Source: Butyribacter sp.
Lineage (GTDB): Bacteria > Bacillota > Clostridia > Lachnospirales > Lachnospiraceae
NCBI GenBank assembly: GCA_045542435.1
Contig: JAZQLD010000002.1
Span: 33,867 to 97,866, forward strand
Length of the DNA stretch: 64,000 nucleotides
Reading direction: 5' to 3'
The position numbers were made by a program, and so were the translations under genes. The notes beneath the pieces are model-generated. The model searched no databases. It was not told the DNA's origin and saw only the letters and a list, made by a program, of their open reading frames with translations. Position 1 is the first letter of the stretch. Each line of letters begins with the position of its first letter. This document shows positions 8,797 to 18,277 of this stretch, in pieces.

Positions 8797-9360
8797 TTAT
8801 TTTAACTGCTCCTCAATGACCTTTTTGGCATTCTCTGCATCAGATGTTACACATGCCACAATATAATTTCTTGTCTGCAATATTACAGCATCATCAATTT
8901 TCTTCGCTTCCTTTGGCAAGTAATCTTGGAAGGACTGCTGCATATCGCTTAAATGCTGCTGTACGCTTTCTATCTCCGCGTCAATCTCCTCTTCACTGGC
9001 GGCAGTTATAATTAACAATTCATCAGCACAAGTCCCTTCACCCATATACAACTGCACCTTGGTATTTTCTCCCGCAGTAGCAATCATGCTCTCCGCCACA
9101 GAAGATTCCATCAGAGCCAGTTCCGTATCGAAAGCAATATTTTCCAACGCCTTCTTAGCTAAAGTCTCCGTATTCAGCTTCTTTCCTTCTTTTGTCTCTC
9201 CCTCTGTCTTAACTTCTCCACCAGACATGCCACTCTGGGTTACCCTCTTCTGACCAGGAGCCGTAACGCCCTGTACAAATGCCCAGACAGATATAGCCAG
9301 CACAACTATAGCTAACACAACCACAGAATAAAACTGTCTTACTTCCTTCTTCCCATTCAT
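8797..9360 (-). CDS. Membrane-anchored extracytoplasmic protein of unknown function, tentatively DUF4358-like. It is the first gene of the O-acylation operon.
   Basis: It has a single N-terminal TM helix and an acidic C-terminal domain. The family assignment is from memory of typical DHHW/MBOAT neighbourhoods and is not verified. Confidence 0.45.
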   Translation of the reverse strand: MNGKKEVRQFYSVVVLAIVVLAISVWAFVQGVTAPGQKRVTQSGMSGGEVKTEGETKEGKKLNTETLAKKALENIAFDTELALMESSVAESMIATAGENTKVQLYMGEGTCADELLIITAASEEEIDAEIESVQQHLSDMQQSFQDYLPKEAKKIDDAVILQTRNYIVACVTSDAENAKKVIEEQLK

Positions 9361-9511
9361 CTTAGCCCTCTTTTCAATCTATTATAAATTCAAATTAAAC
9401 GCATTTTACCAACTAGATTATATATTCCCTATTTCATAGAAGTCAATAGATTTTCGCATTCTGCGACAAAATTCGTCATTTTTAACTCTTTCTTTACCAA
9501 TTTTCTTGATT

Positions 9512-10522
9512 TTACTGGCACTTAGTAAGTTCTTCCACCCAGAATGCTGCTTCATCAGAAAGTCCTGCTGCTTCATAGCATCTTACCAGTCCCTGCCGTG
9601 GCAAAGTGGTGGATGTACGGATATCCAAAATACTTTCTGTTTCTGTGGCCGCATTAAGATACCATGTAACTGCCTCCTGAAGCTCACCAATTTCTTCATA
9701 ATAGCTTCCCAGTTCACAGCATAGCTCGGCGCAGGAACCGGTTACTGCATCCTTTAAGGCATAGGTAAGAAAATGAGGAATATCGCCTTTTAAATGGAAG
9801 GTCTTTGCTAATACGCAAACAGCCTCCTTCACTTCATCTATGCTCCTATCGTCTTGGGACATAGTAGCCAGAAAAGCCTCTTCTGCCTCTAGAAAATCTT
9901 CCCTTTCTCCTGATATAAACAATTCCATGGCATACATATGGTGAAGCTTTTTGGAAAGCCGGATTCCATTACTATGTACGCGCTTTAATGCCGCCAAATC
10001 TCTGGAAGCATGGTTTCCCTCTGGCAAATGCAATATTTCAATATCACTGTCAAAAACCACCGGGTCCAGCCGAAGGGTTTCATGTATGGCATCAATCCAG
10101 ACAAATTCCCGCAGCCTCCGGTAAAGCTTAGGACGATATTCTTTTTCAAAATTGTACACTGTATTATTTTCCTGTGGAGTACAGTAATACATCTGTACCA
10201 TTTCCACTTCCGGCAAAAGCACCTGCTTCAAATCCCAAAACCGCCTGCGGTTTTCCTCATCCAACATCTCATCTGCATCCGCAGTATAAATATATTCCAT
10301 GCTCGCTTTAGACGCTGCAAAATTTCTCGCAGCAGAAAAATCATTAATCCACTGGAAATCATATATTTTATCTGTGTATTCCTTAGCGATTTCTTTCGTT
10401 CTGTCTGTGGAACCTGTATCCACAATAATGATTTCGTCCATTAAATCTGCAATAGAATCAAGACAGCGCGCCAATACCTTCTCTTCATTTTTTACAATCA
10501 TGCAAAGACTTACTGTAGTCAT
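9512..10522 (-). CDS. Family 2 glycosyltransferase with a C-terminal TPR-like domain.
   Basis: The segment SLCMIVKNEEKVLARCLDSI...IIVDTGSTDRT is a GT2 signature including the DxD-like motif. The start was moved to the ATG at 10522, which follows the RBS aggagg. Confidence 0.75.
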   Translation of the reverse strand: MTTVSLCMIVKNEEKVLARCLDSIADLMDEIIIVDTGSTDRTKEIAKEYTDKIYDFQWINDFSAARNFAASKASMEYIYTADADEMLDEENRRRFWDLKQVLLPEVEMVQMYYCTPQENNTVYNFEKEYRPKLYRRLREFVWIDAIHETLRLDPVVFDSDIEILHLPEGNHASRDLAALKRVHSNGIRLSKKLHHMYAMELFISGEREDFLEAEEAFLATMSQDDRSIDEVKEAVCVLAKTFHLKGDIPHFLTYALKDAVTGSCAELCCELGSYYEEIGELQEAVTWYLNAATETESILDIRTSTTLPRQGLVRCYEAAGLSDEAAFWVEELTKCQ

Positions 10523-10591
10523 ATGTCCCTCCTTTCCTTGTCTGATCACAATCTGACTGGATTTCTCAATAGTAAATTTACTCCGTTCTTC

Positions 10592-10918
10592 TTACAAAAC
10601 CGGCACCCAAAGCAGTGCCACTTCCACCAGAAGCGCTGCAACACAAGCACCTACTGCTACCTTCAAAAGACTTTGCCGGCGAAATGCCAACACCAATGCC
10701 ACTATAGTTCCTGCCAGGCCGGATACTAATCCACCTGTAGAAAAGAGAATCGCCGGAAAAGTCATGGAACCAAGCACCGCATAAGGTACATAAGCCAAAA
10801 AAGACCTTAAGAATTTATTTTCCAGTTTTCCTCTGCACAGCACCAGCGGAATCATACGTACCAGATACGTCACTCCCGCCATAACTGCCAGATAGCAAAA
10901 AAAACTTATTACATTCAT
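10592..10918 (-). CDS. azlD: Branched-chain amino acid transport protein AzlD.
   Basis: It is a 108-aa protein with four TM segments, immediately downstream of azlC. Confidence 0.75.
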   Translation of the reverse strand: MNVISFFCYLAVMAGVTYLVRMIPLVLCRGKLENKFLRSFLAYVPYAVLGSMTFPAILFSTGGLVSGLAGTIVALVLAFRRQSLLKVAVGACVAALLVEVALLWVPVL

Positions 10919-10971
10919 ATCTCATTTGCCTTTCTTCGAGAATTTTCTTTATTAAAACCTATCTTTTTGCA

Positions 10972-11685
10972 TTAATTTTCTTCTATCATATCGTCCTCTA
11001 TTGGGTATAAAAATGCTCCTATGGCAGACGCTGCTACTGCACAAATAATAATTACAAATCCTGAGGACAGTTTATTGAGTCCTGGCACCCAATGGAAACA
11101 GCAGCTCATAACTACTGCAATCAGTATAACCTTCAAACATGGAAGGTCATCTCTGGCTTGAGGAATAATAATTGCCAGAAACATTCCATAAATAGCAATT
11201 CCCAGAGCATTGCTTACCATATCCGGAAGAACCCCACCCAAGAGGGCTCCCATGGCAGTTCCACCAGCCCATCCGATATATGGTATGGCAATCAATCCAT
11301 ACATATAATACTTACTTACCGCTTTTTTACGGCTCATGGACACTGCAAAGATTTCATCCGTAACACCAAAGCTGGTAATCAGACGATTTAAGGTATCCAT
11401 AGTTTTGTCCACTTTTTGGGACAGAGACAAGGACATCAATGCATAGCGCAGATTAATCACCAGCTGAGTCAACGCCATTTCCACCAATGCACCGCCTGCC
11501 ACCATAATCTCCAATCCAGCAAACTGACCAGCGGAGGTAAGATTTGTCATAGATATCAATACCGCCTGCCACCAATTCAGACCAGAAGCCACTGCCATCA
11601 ATCCAAAGGTGAAGCTTACGGACACATATCCCAACGCAATAGGAATTCCATCCTGTATTCCCAGTTTAAAATCCTTTATTTTCAA
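10972..11685 (-). CDS. azlC: AzlC-family branched-chain amino acid permease subunit.
   Basis: It is a 237-aa polytopic protein. The segment GIPIALGYVSVSFTFGL...LTSAGQFAG is typical of AzlC. Confidence 0.8.
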   Translation of the reverse strand: MKIKDFKLGIQDGIPIALGYVSVSFTFGLMAVASGLNWWQAVLISMTNLTSAGQFAGLEIMVAGGALVEMALTQLVINLRYALMSLSLSQKVDKTMDTLNRLITSFGVTDEIFAVSMSRKKAVSKYYMYGLIAIPYIGWAGGTAMGALLGGVLPDMVSNALGIAIYGMFLAIIIPQARDDLPCLKVILIAVVMSCCFHWVPGLNKLSSGFVIIICAVAASAIGAFLYPIEDDMIEEN

Positions 11686-11781
11686 TGTTTTATCCTGCCT
11701 TAGTTTCTTAATTTCTTTTGAATCTCATATAATCCTTATTTACATTTACGTTATAAGAATTTCCAGAAGCACTCTGACAAA

Positions 11782-12558
11782 TTATAACTGTCCACACAAT
11801 GAATATTTCACCACAGCAAACGCTTCCCGGACATACATATTTGGCACTGTGTACCATACCGTAGAAGCACCCAGCCCATCTACGTTTTCAAAACCTTTAT
11901 TCTTTGCAATTCGAAGGGCACGGAAAATATGAAAATCATTGCTGACAATAACCACTTTTGCATCCGGATTGTCTATTTTTGCTTTACTAAATTCCAGATT
12001 TTCGTCGGTATTTGTGGACTCATCCTCTAAAATCATACGGGATTCTTCGATACCACATTGAACCAGATAACGCTTCATGGCTTCTGCCTCTGAAACATCT
12101 TCGCCCTTTCCCTGACCGCCGGACAGAATCACCTTTGTATCGGGATTCTCTTCCAGATACTTTGCTGCCACCTTTAAACGTCTTGCTAAAAGGCCAACTA
12201 CTTTTTCACCCCTTACTCTGGCTCCCAATACAATCACATAATCTGCTCCTGGTTCTGGGACAGACTTTCCATATCCTATCAGAATTCCTTCTATAATCAA
12301 AAATCCCAGCAGACAAATCCCAAGAAAAATCAATCCGCCTCTGCGAAACCAGAGAGGAAAGGTTTTGTGAGTACAGGGGCACCACCTTAGAAAAATTCCA
12401 CCTGCGATTCCTGCCACTCCTAAAATCAACCAGAAATAAGTAAATACATTATTTAAGTCTACCATACAGGCATATAGAAAAAAATACCCTGTGCTTAAAA
12501 TTCCTAATACGAAAATTATCACTGACCAGATAGTCATGCCACCACTCCTTTTAACCAT
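11782..12558 (-). CDS. YdcF/ElyC-family (DUF218) membrane protein.
   Basis: N-terminal TM helices are followed by YVIVLGARV...LSGGQGKGEDVSEAEAM..YL...ILEDESTNTDEN, the DUF218 signature. The exact start codon is uncertain. Confidence 0.7.
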   Translation of the reverse strand: MVKRSGGMTIWSVIIFVLGILSTGYFFLYACMVDLNNVFTYFWLILGVAGIAGGIFLRWCPCTHKTFPLWFRRGGLIFLGICLLGFLIIEGILIGYGKSVPEPGADYVIVLGARVRGEKVVGLLARRLKVAAKYLEENPDTKVILSGGQGKGEDVSEAEAMKRYLVQCGIEESRMILEDESTNTDENLEFSKAKIDNPDAKVVIVSNDFHIFRALRIAKNKGFENVDGLGASTVWYTVPNMYVREAFAVVKYSLCGQL

Positions 12559-12673
12559 ATTTATCCGCTTCCCTTCTAATCAAACAACAGGGAACGAATT
12601 GGAAAATCCAAAACATTCCCTGTATCGTTTTGCCACCGTGTAAATTTATCAGAACAACCTTCTGTCTGCTGTG

Positions 12674-15001
12674 TTACTGTGTAACATTACCTACATCCTC
12701 GGTAATGACTTCATCTCCTACATCTTCGTAACTGCCATCTTCACCTGCTGGTGGTGCAGGAGGCTCTGTTGCAACAGGCTCCTCCACAATCGGCTCCTGA
12801 GTCGGTTCTGTTGTCTCTCCAATTGGATCATCTATTGGAATCTCTGGCTCAGCTGCTTCCGGATCCATAGTCTCTTCTGGCTCCTCTGTAGGCTCCAGAT
12901 TCTCTACGGTCTCTTCCACTTTACCACCTTTGTTCTTATCCTTATATTTCGCCTCTGCGAATCCCACATCTTCTAAGCCGACGTGGATTTCTTCCATAAA
13001 CTGTCTCCAGATATATAATGGATAGGTGCTTCCATAAAGGTTATCCAGAGTTCTTGGGGTGTCATAGCCTACCCAGACTGCTGTAGAATAATATGGTGTA
13101 TAACCACAGAACCATCCATCCTTTTTATCACTGGTGGTTCCCGTCTTACCAGCAGAAGACATATTGGTCAAACCTTTTCCTGCTGCCGTACCACGAATCA
13201 TTACACCTTCTAGAATGTTGGTCATAGTATTTGCAGCATCTTCCTGATATACCTGCTTCTCAGCAGTCAGTAACTTACTTCCAACGATTACATTTCCCTC
13301 AGAATCTGTAATTTTTACAACACAGGTCGGATTACGGAATGTACCTGAATTTGCTAATGCTGCATAAGCAGATGCCATCTCTACTGTGCTGGCACCCTTA
13401 GTAAGACCACCCAGAGCTGCCGCCGGTACAAAGTCATCATCCACAATCTTTGAGAAATTCATATTCTGAATATATGCCAGACCTACTGCCGGAGTCAATT
13501 CCTCAAACAGCTTCCATGCAATGACATTCTTGGACTGCTCCACTGCACTACGCAGAGGAATCTTTCCAGAATACTTTCCATTGGAGTTCTTTGGACCTCC
13601 TTCAAAGAAAGTATCATCTACAATAGAATTTGGCGTATAATCTCTTTCCAGCTGCGGAGTATATACCGCAATCGGCTTAAAGGAACTACCTGGCTGACGG
13701 AAACTTAAAAAAGCACGGTTTAATGTAGATGCCTTTTCCTTTTTCTGCTGACGTCCACCAACGATAGCCACCACCTTACCGGTCTTGTTATTAATACAGG
13801 TAGCTGCTCCCTGAAGGGCATATACACCTTTTTTCTTCTCTGTAAATGCTGCCAGCTGGTCATTTACAGCCTTCTGCAATTTCTTCTGCTTCTTCTTATT
13901 TAAAGAAGTATAAATATGATAACCGGAATTGTATAACGATTTATTGCACTCATCGTAAACTTCACTATATTCTTCATCATATGCCGCACGGTCTGCATTA
14001 CTGCTAAAAGCATAACGGAACTGGAAGTCCTGTTTCAGCATCAGTGCCTTAGTAGCACAACTGATCGCATAGGAAGTCATATAATCCTGCTGCTGTAATT
14101 CTTCTGCCGGATTCAACACCACGTCTACATAATATGCATCACTGTACTCTGCCGCAGAAATATAATTTTCAGATAAAAGCTGCTCCAAAATACGTTCTTT
14201 TCTCTTCTTAGTATTATCGAAGTGTTCAAAAGGATCATATAATGTTGGTCTATTTGGAATAGAACATACAAATGCAATTTCTGACAAGGTCAGCTTAGAT
14301 GCCGACTTGTTGAAATAACCGCGGCTTGCTGCTTCGATTCCATAATATCCGTTTCCAAAATAAATGTTGTTAATATAAAATTCCAAAATCTGGTCTTTGT
14401 CATATTTCTTTTCTAATTCCATGGCAATAAAGATTTCTTTAATTTTTCTGGAATAAGAACGATCTGTGTAATCCAAAACTTTAGGAAATGCATTTCTTGC
14501 CAGCTGCTGGGTAATGGTACTGGCGCCTCGTGATGCATCCTGCCCTTGCAGTTTATTTCGGATTAAGGTTACGCCTGCACTGACAATAGCCTTTAAATCA
14601 TATCCGGAATGTTCATAAAAATCTCTATCCTCTGTTACTACGAAAGCATCCTTTACTCCCTGTGGAATTTCTTCAAACTCCAGATAAAAAGAATCCTTTT
14701 CTCCTTTTAATTTGGCAATGGCCTTTCCTTTCGAATCATAAATGAAGCTGGCCTCAGAGGTTTTAAAGGTATCCTCTGTAGTTTTGGAAACCAACTCCGC
14801 CGCATCCGCCTGCCATTGAAGAAGGGTATCTCCATATTTGTAATAGAAAAATCCCATAGCTCCCAAAATCGCTAAAAGGAATAATAAAAATATTATTTTA
14901 AATGCAAGACGAAGTCTTGGATGCTTCCTCCGTCTTTTTGTTTTTTTCTTCGGAGCGGAAGGATTCGACCGCTTTACTGGTTGTTTATTTGTACTCGCCA
15001 T
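12674..15001 (-). CDS. Class A penicillin-binding protein (bifunctional glycosyltransferase/transpeptidase, PBP1A type).
   Basis: GT51 motifs EDRDFYEHSGYD and RGASTITQQLARN are present. The transpeptidase motifs SSFKP (SxxK) and KTGTT are also present. There is an acidic Pro/Glu-rich C-terminal tail. The ATG at 15001 is preferred over the upstream TTG. Confidence 0.9.
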   Translation of the reverse strand: MASTNKQPVKRSNPSAPKKKTKRRRKHPRLRLAFKIIFLLFLLAILGAMGFFYYKYGDTLLQWQADAAELVSKTTEDTFKTSEASFIYDSKGKAIAKLKGEKDSFYLEFEEIPQGVKDAFVVTEDRDFYEHSGYDLKAIVSAGVTLIRNKLQGQDASRGASTITQQLARNAFPKVLDYTDRSYSRKIKEIFIAMELEKKYDKDQILEFYINNIYFGNGYYGIEAASRGYFNKSASKLTLSEIAFVCSIPNRPTLYDPFEHFDNTKKRKERILEQLLSENYISAAEYSDAYYVDVVLNPAEELQQQDYMTSYAISCATKALMLKQDFQFRYAFSSNADRAAYDEEYSEVYDECNKSLYNSGYHIYTSLNKKKQKKLQKAVNDQLAAFTEKKKGVYALQGAATCINNKTGKVVAIVGGRQQKKEKASTLNRAFLSFRQPGSSFKPIAVYTPQLERDYTPNSIVDDTFFEGGPKNSNGKYSGKIPLRSAVEQSKNVIAWKLFEELTPAVGLAYIQNMNFSKIVDDDFVPAAALGGLTKGASTVEMASAYAALANSGTFRNPTCVVKITDSEGNVIVGSKLLTAEKQVYQEDAANTMTNILEGVMIRGTAAGKGLTNMSSAGKTGTTSDKKDGWFCGYTPYYSTAVWVGYDTPRTLDNLYGSTYPLYIWRQFMEEIHVGLEDVGFAEAKYKDKNKGGKVEETVENLEPTEEPEETMDPEAAEPEIPIDDPIGETTEPTQEPIVEEPVATEPPAPPAGEDGSYEDVGDEVITEDVGNVTQ

Positions 15002-15347
15002 ATATCTCTCCAATCATAATCTAAACCACACGCATTTTGCTGCGCTTAAACTCCAACACTTTGCCTATCATAGCATATTTTCCCACAAAATGCACTATTT
15101 CCATATTTCTTTCACAAAATCATAAGAATTCCTTCAGAATTTATTCTCGCGAAGGCAAAGTGAAGACAAACCAATATATTGGTTACAAATTTAATTGCGT
15201 CATCCAAGCGCGACCGCGAGGCTAAATAGTTGGAATAAAATTCCAAAAATCTGTCAACACTTCCATTATCGGCAAAACATAGCGGTTTTTAAACGTTTTG
15301 CACAATAAAATATTACATAGGTGCTTTTGCACAGAAATGAGGTTATT

Positions 15348-16202
15348 ATGTATTCTTTTAAAAAAGCAATAAACACATCTTTTACATCCAATAATCAAAA
15401 GCTGTTTTCATCAGAACGTTTTCCACGTATTCTCACGCCAAAGCTTCTGGCATTGGTCTTTCTATATTCATTAGCATTTACTCTATTACTTTTCGGATGG
15501 AAAATGCTGAGACTGGAGCATCAGGCAGCCACTTCTGCTTCCCGATTGGTGTCTACCTTTTCCCAATTTCCATCTGATAACTCGCAATTGACAGTTCTGA
15601 ATCGTCAGTCACCAGAAGCTTCCTTTCTGTACCAGCAGAAATCGGACGAAGAAATTCAACAAAGCATTGCATCCCAGATTATCCGTCTTCATGTTATCGC
15701 CAATAGTGATACCAATAGCGATCAAAGCCTGAAACTAAAAGTCCGGGATTCCATTATCCAGGATATGCAGTCCGCTTTAAAAGATGCTTCTTCTATTGAA
15801 GATGCCCGTAGTATTCTCACGGAAAAGATGCCTCAAATTCAGAAGAAAGCCCAGAAAACCATTCAAAAAGAAGGCTATGACTACCCTGTGTCCATTTCCC
15901 TGAACCAACGGTATTTTCCTGTAAAGGTCTATGGAGATCTGACCTTTCCAGCTGGTGAATACGAAGCCCTTTGTCTGGAAATCGGCAAAGCCTCCGGCCG
16001 CAATTGGTGGTGTGTCCTATTCCCTAGTCTTTGCTTTGTAGACGAAACTTATGCAGTGGTTCCCGAGGAATCCAAGGAAAAATTGCAGGATTCTTTGTCA
16101 GAGCAGGAATATGCTTCCCTAGAAAACGAATCGGAAGGCGAAGATTCCAGTACAGATGTACAGTTGCGCTCCGGAATTTTGGATTGGCTTAGTGAACAAT
16201 AG
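15348..16202 (+). CDS. spoIIR: Stage II sporulation protein R.
   Basis: The segments IRLHVIANSDTNSDQSLKLKVRD and GRNWWCVLFPSLCF are SpoIIR hallmarks. The start is set at the ATG that follows the RBS gagg. Confidence 0.85.
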   Translation: MYSFKKAINTSFTSNNQKLFSSERFPRILTPKLLALVFLYSLAFTLLLFGWKMLRLEHQAATSASRLVSTFSQFPSDNSQLTVLNRQSPEASFLYQQKSDEEIQQSIASQIIRLHVIANSDTNSDQSLKLKVRDSIIQDMQSALKDASSIEDARSILTEKMPQIQKKAQKTIQKEGYDYPVSISLNQRYFPVKVYGDLTFPAGEYEALCLEIGKASGRNWWCVLFPSLCFVDETYAVVPEESKEKLQDSLSEQEYASLENESEGEDSSTDVQLRSGILDWLSEQ

Positions 16203-16280
16203 ATTGTTTGTAATGCTATAAATTATTTGTTACAATACTTTCATAACTATAATCCAAAAATCATAGAAATGAGGATGTTT

Positions 16281-16709
16281 ATGAAAGAAAAAGTACTTGT
16301 AACCATTACTGGCTCTCACGAAACCGATGGAGAAACAGAATCCATCGAAACTCTGCAGCCAGGCAATTATAAATTCCTTCATGGAAAACATTTTATCCAA
16401 TACGAAGAAGTTTTGGAAGAATCCTTATCTGGTAAACCCGTTTCAGCAAAATGTCTTTTGAAGGTTTCCGAAAATAATGTAACTCTATCCAAAAAAGGAC
16501 CTACCCAGACAGAAATGTACTTTAAGACAGGAGAATCATACACTACCATTTACGAAACGCCGTTTGGCTCCTTACAGATGAAGCTATATACCACAGCCCT
16601 AAAAATCCAGGAGACCGAAGATTCTCTGACAATCCAAATTGATTACAGCATGGATATGAATTATAGTCATGTTAGTGACTGCAATATAAAAATCCATATC
16701 ACCTCGTAA
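16281..16709 (+). CDS. DUF1934 (YwiB-like) beta-barrel protein.
   Basis: It is about 140 aa and begins MKEKVLVTITGSHETDGETESIE...HFIQYEE, the typical DUF1934 pattern. An RBS gagg lies 6 nt upstream of the ATG at 16281. Confidence 0.6.
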   Translation: MKEKVLVTITGSHETDGETESIETLQPGNYKFLHGKHFIQYEEVLEESLSGKPVSAKCLLKVSENNVTLSKKGPTQTEMYFKTGESYTTIYETPFGSLQMKLYTTALKIQETEDSLTIQIDYSMDMNYSHVSDCNIKIHITS

Positions 16710-16731
16710 TTACTTGTCATATCTATATTAA

Positions 16732-16769
16732 AAAATGCCCCACAAAGTTAAACTTTGCGGAGGCATTTT
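16732..16769. terminator. Bidirectional terminator hairpin between convergent genes.
   Basis: The arm aaaatgcc-c-caaagtt pairs with aactttg-gg-ggcatttt. A and T runs lie on both sides. Confidence 0.6.
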
Positions 16770-16773
16770 GACT

Positions 16774-17277
16774 TTATTTCTTGTTCTGCATAGTATTCAG
16801 CTTGTCCTGAAGCTTATCCCGGAAAGATTTCTTCTTCTTTGGAGCAGACTCTAAATTACCACGAAGACCCTTTACTTCAATAATGTAAATACCACTGATT
16901 CTGGCACGAACTTCCTTCTTTACTGGAATCTGCTCGAAAATCTTCTCATCACAAATCAAAGACATTACTCTTGGACCAATCTTTGCCTTAACAATTGGCA
17001 CCTTCTGACCACGGAAACGCTTTGGTGTCTGGTCGATAACAATCTGAGGAAGCCCGGATTCTTTCAACTTCATTCTTTTCTTGTCAATAACCAGAAGAGA
17101 TGCATTCTGTGCTGCTGCCTGCAGCTCTTTCTGTGACTGCTCCTGACGATCCTGAAGCTTCTTTCCATAAATACTCAGTGCGACTAACGCTGCAACCATT
17201 ACCACAATAACAACAATCATAACGATTACGCTTGTTTTTACGCCTAATACAGGCACTAACATTAACATTTCATTCAT
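16774..17277 (-). CDS. Hypothetical single-pass membrane protein.
   Basis: It has an N-terminal TM helix and a basic C-terminal domain. No family was recognised. The ATG at 17277 follows the RBS ggagga. Confidence 0.5.
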   Translation of the reverse strand: MNEMLMLVPVLGVKTSVIVMIVVIVVMVAALVALSIYGKKLQDRQEQSQKELQAAAQNASLLVIDKKRMKLKESGLPQIVIDQTPKRFRGQKVPIVKAKIGPRVMSLICDEKIFEQIPVKKEVRARISGIYIIEVKGLRGNLESAPKKKKSFRDKLQDKLNTMQNKK

Positions 17278-17379
17278 GTTTCTATCCTCCAACCTTTTAA
17301 ATTATTTACTCAAACTTCGCATTTGCAAATGTATTTTCCTTGAGAATCATATCATATTTTTTACTATCTGCAAATCATT

Positions 17380-18108
17380 TTATAACTCTGCTTTGTTTCT
17401 TTCCAGAGTTTCAGTAATGATTCCACGTACGGTTTCACCCACATGCTTCTTCTCATCCCGGGTCATTTCTTCCATATAAAGTGGCTCACAGTATTCTACA
17501 ATTACATGTGCTTTGTGAATCCATGGAAGATGATTTTCAAAAATAGCATCATTATTGCTCATTGCCACTGGCACAATAGGACACTTTGACTTCTCCGCCA
17601 GTTTGAAACTCGCCTGATGGAATGGAAGCAGCTCATCCTTATGATTTCTGGTTCCTTCAGGAGCAATAAAAACAGAATGTCCAGATTTCAGCAGTTCTAC
17701 ACCTTCCAAAATGGTCTGCATTCCCTTTTTTATATCTTTTCTATCCAAAAATAAACAATGCATTGCTCTCATCCAGCGACTAATTAATGGGATATGAGCC
17801 AAAGAATCCTTTGAAACAAATGCCATTGGCATTGGTCCTGTAGTATAACCCACTAAAATATCAAAAAAACTGCGATGGTTAAATGCATACATTGCGCCCT
17901 GTCCCTGCAGCACATTTTCTTTACCCTTCACCGTCACCTTTACGCCAGAAATAAATAATATAACCCTAAAAGCGCCTGAAACCAGTGTTTGGGCAAATAT
18001 CGGCTTCATCTTTGGATTGATTTTTCCGATAATCCAGCTTACCACAAACATAGGCAAACTAAAGATATAATACAATAATAAATAGATTCCTACTAATATT
18101 AAACGCAT
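17380..18108 (-). CDS. plsC: 1-acyl-sn-glycerol-3-phosphate acyltransferase.
   Basis: The HX4D motif (NHRSFFD) and the APEGTR motif are present, with an N-terminal TM anchor. Confidence 0.85.
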   Translation of the reverse strand: MRLILVGIYLLLYYIFSLPMFVVSWIIGKINPKMKPIFAQTLVSGAFRVILFISGVKVTVKGKENVLQGQGAMYAFNHRSFFDILVGYTTGPMPMAFVSKDSLAHIPLISRWMRAMHCLFLDRKDIKKGMQTILEGVELLKSGHSVFIAPEGTRNHKDELLPFHQASFKLAEKSKCPIVPVAMSNNDAIFENHLPWIHKAHVIVEYCEPLYMEEMTRDEKKHVGETVRGIITETLERNKAEL

Positions 18109-18224
18109 TTCATTTCTCCATTCTTTGGTATGTATATCCTATTCCAGATTTTCCTAGAAAATTCCTCCCTTACCACTATTTGCACGCCATCTTTTATAAT
18201 ACCCAAATACTGGGCAAAAAACAA

Positions 18225-18260
18225 GCCTATTTCTTCATTTCAGCAAAGAAATAGGCTTGT
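18225..18260 (-). terminator. Intrinsic terminator after the VanY-type peptidase gene.
   Basis: A 15-bp stem acaagcctatttctt / aagaaataggcttgt is followed on the minus strand by tttttt. Confidence 0.75.
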
Positions 18261-18277
18261 TTCCGCGTGATTTCAAT

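Noticed and set aside
15226-15347. A sigma-F promoter upstream of spoIIR.
   Set aside because: One is expected biologically, but no convincing match to the -35/-10 consensus could be placed by eye.
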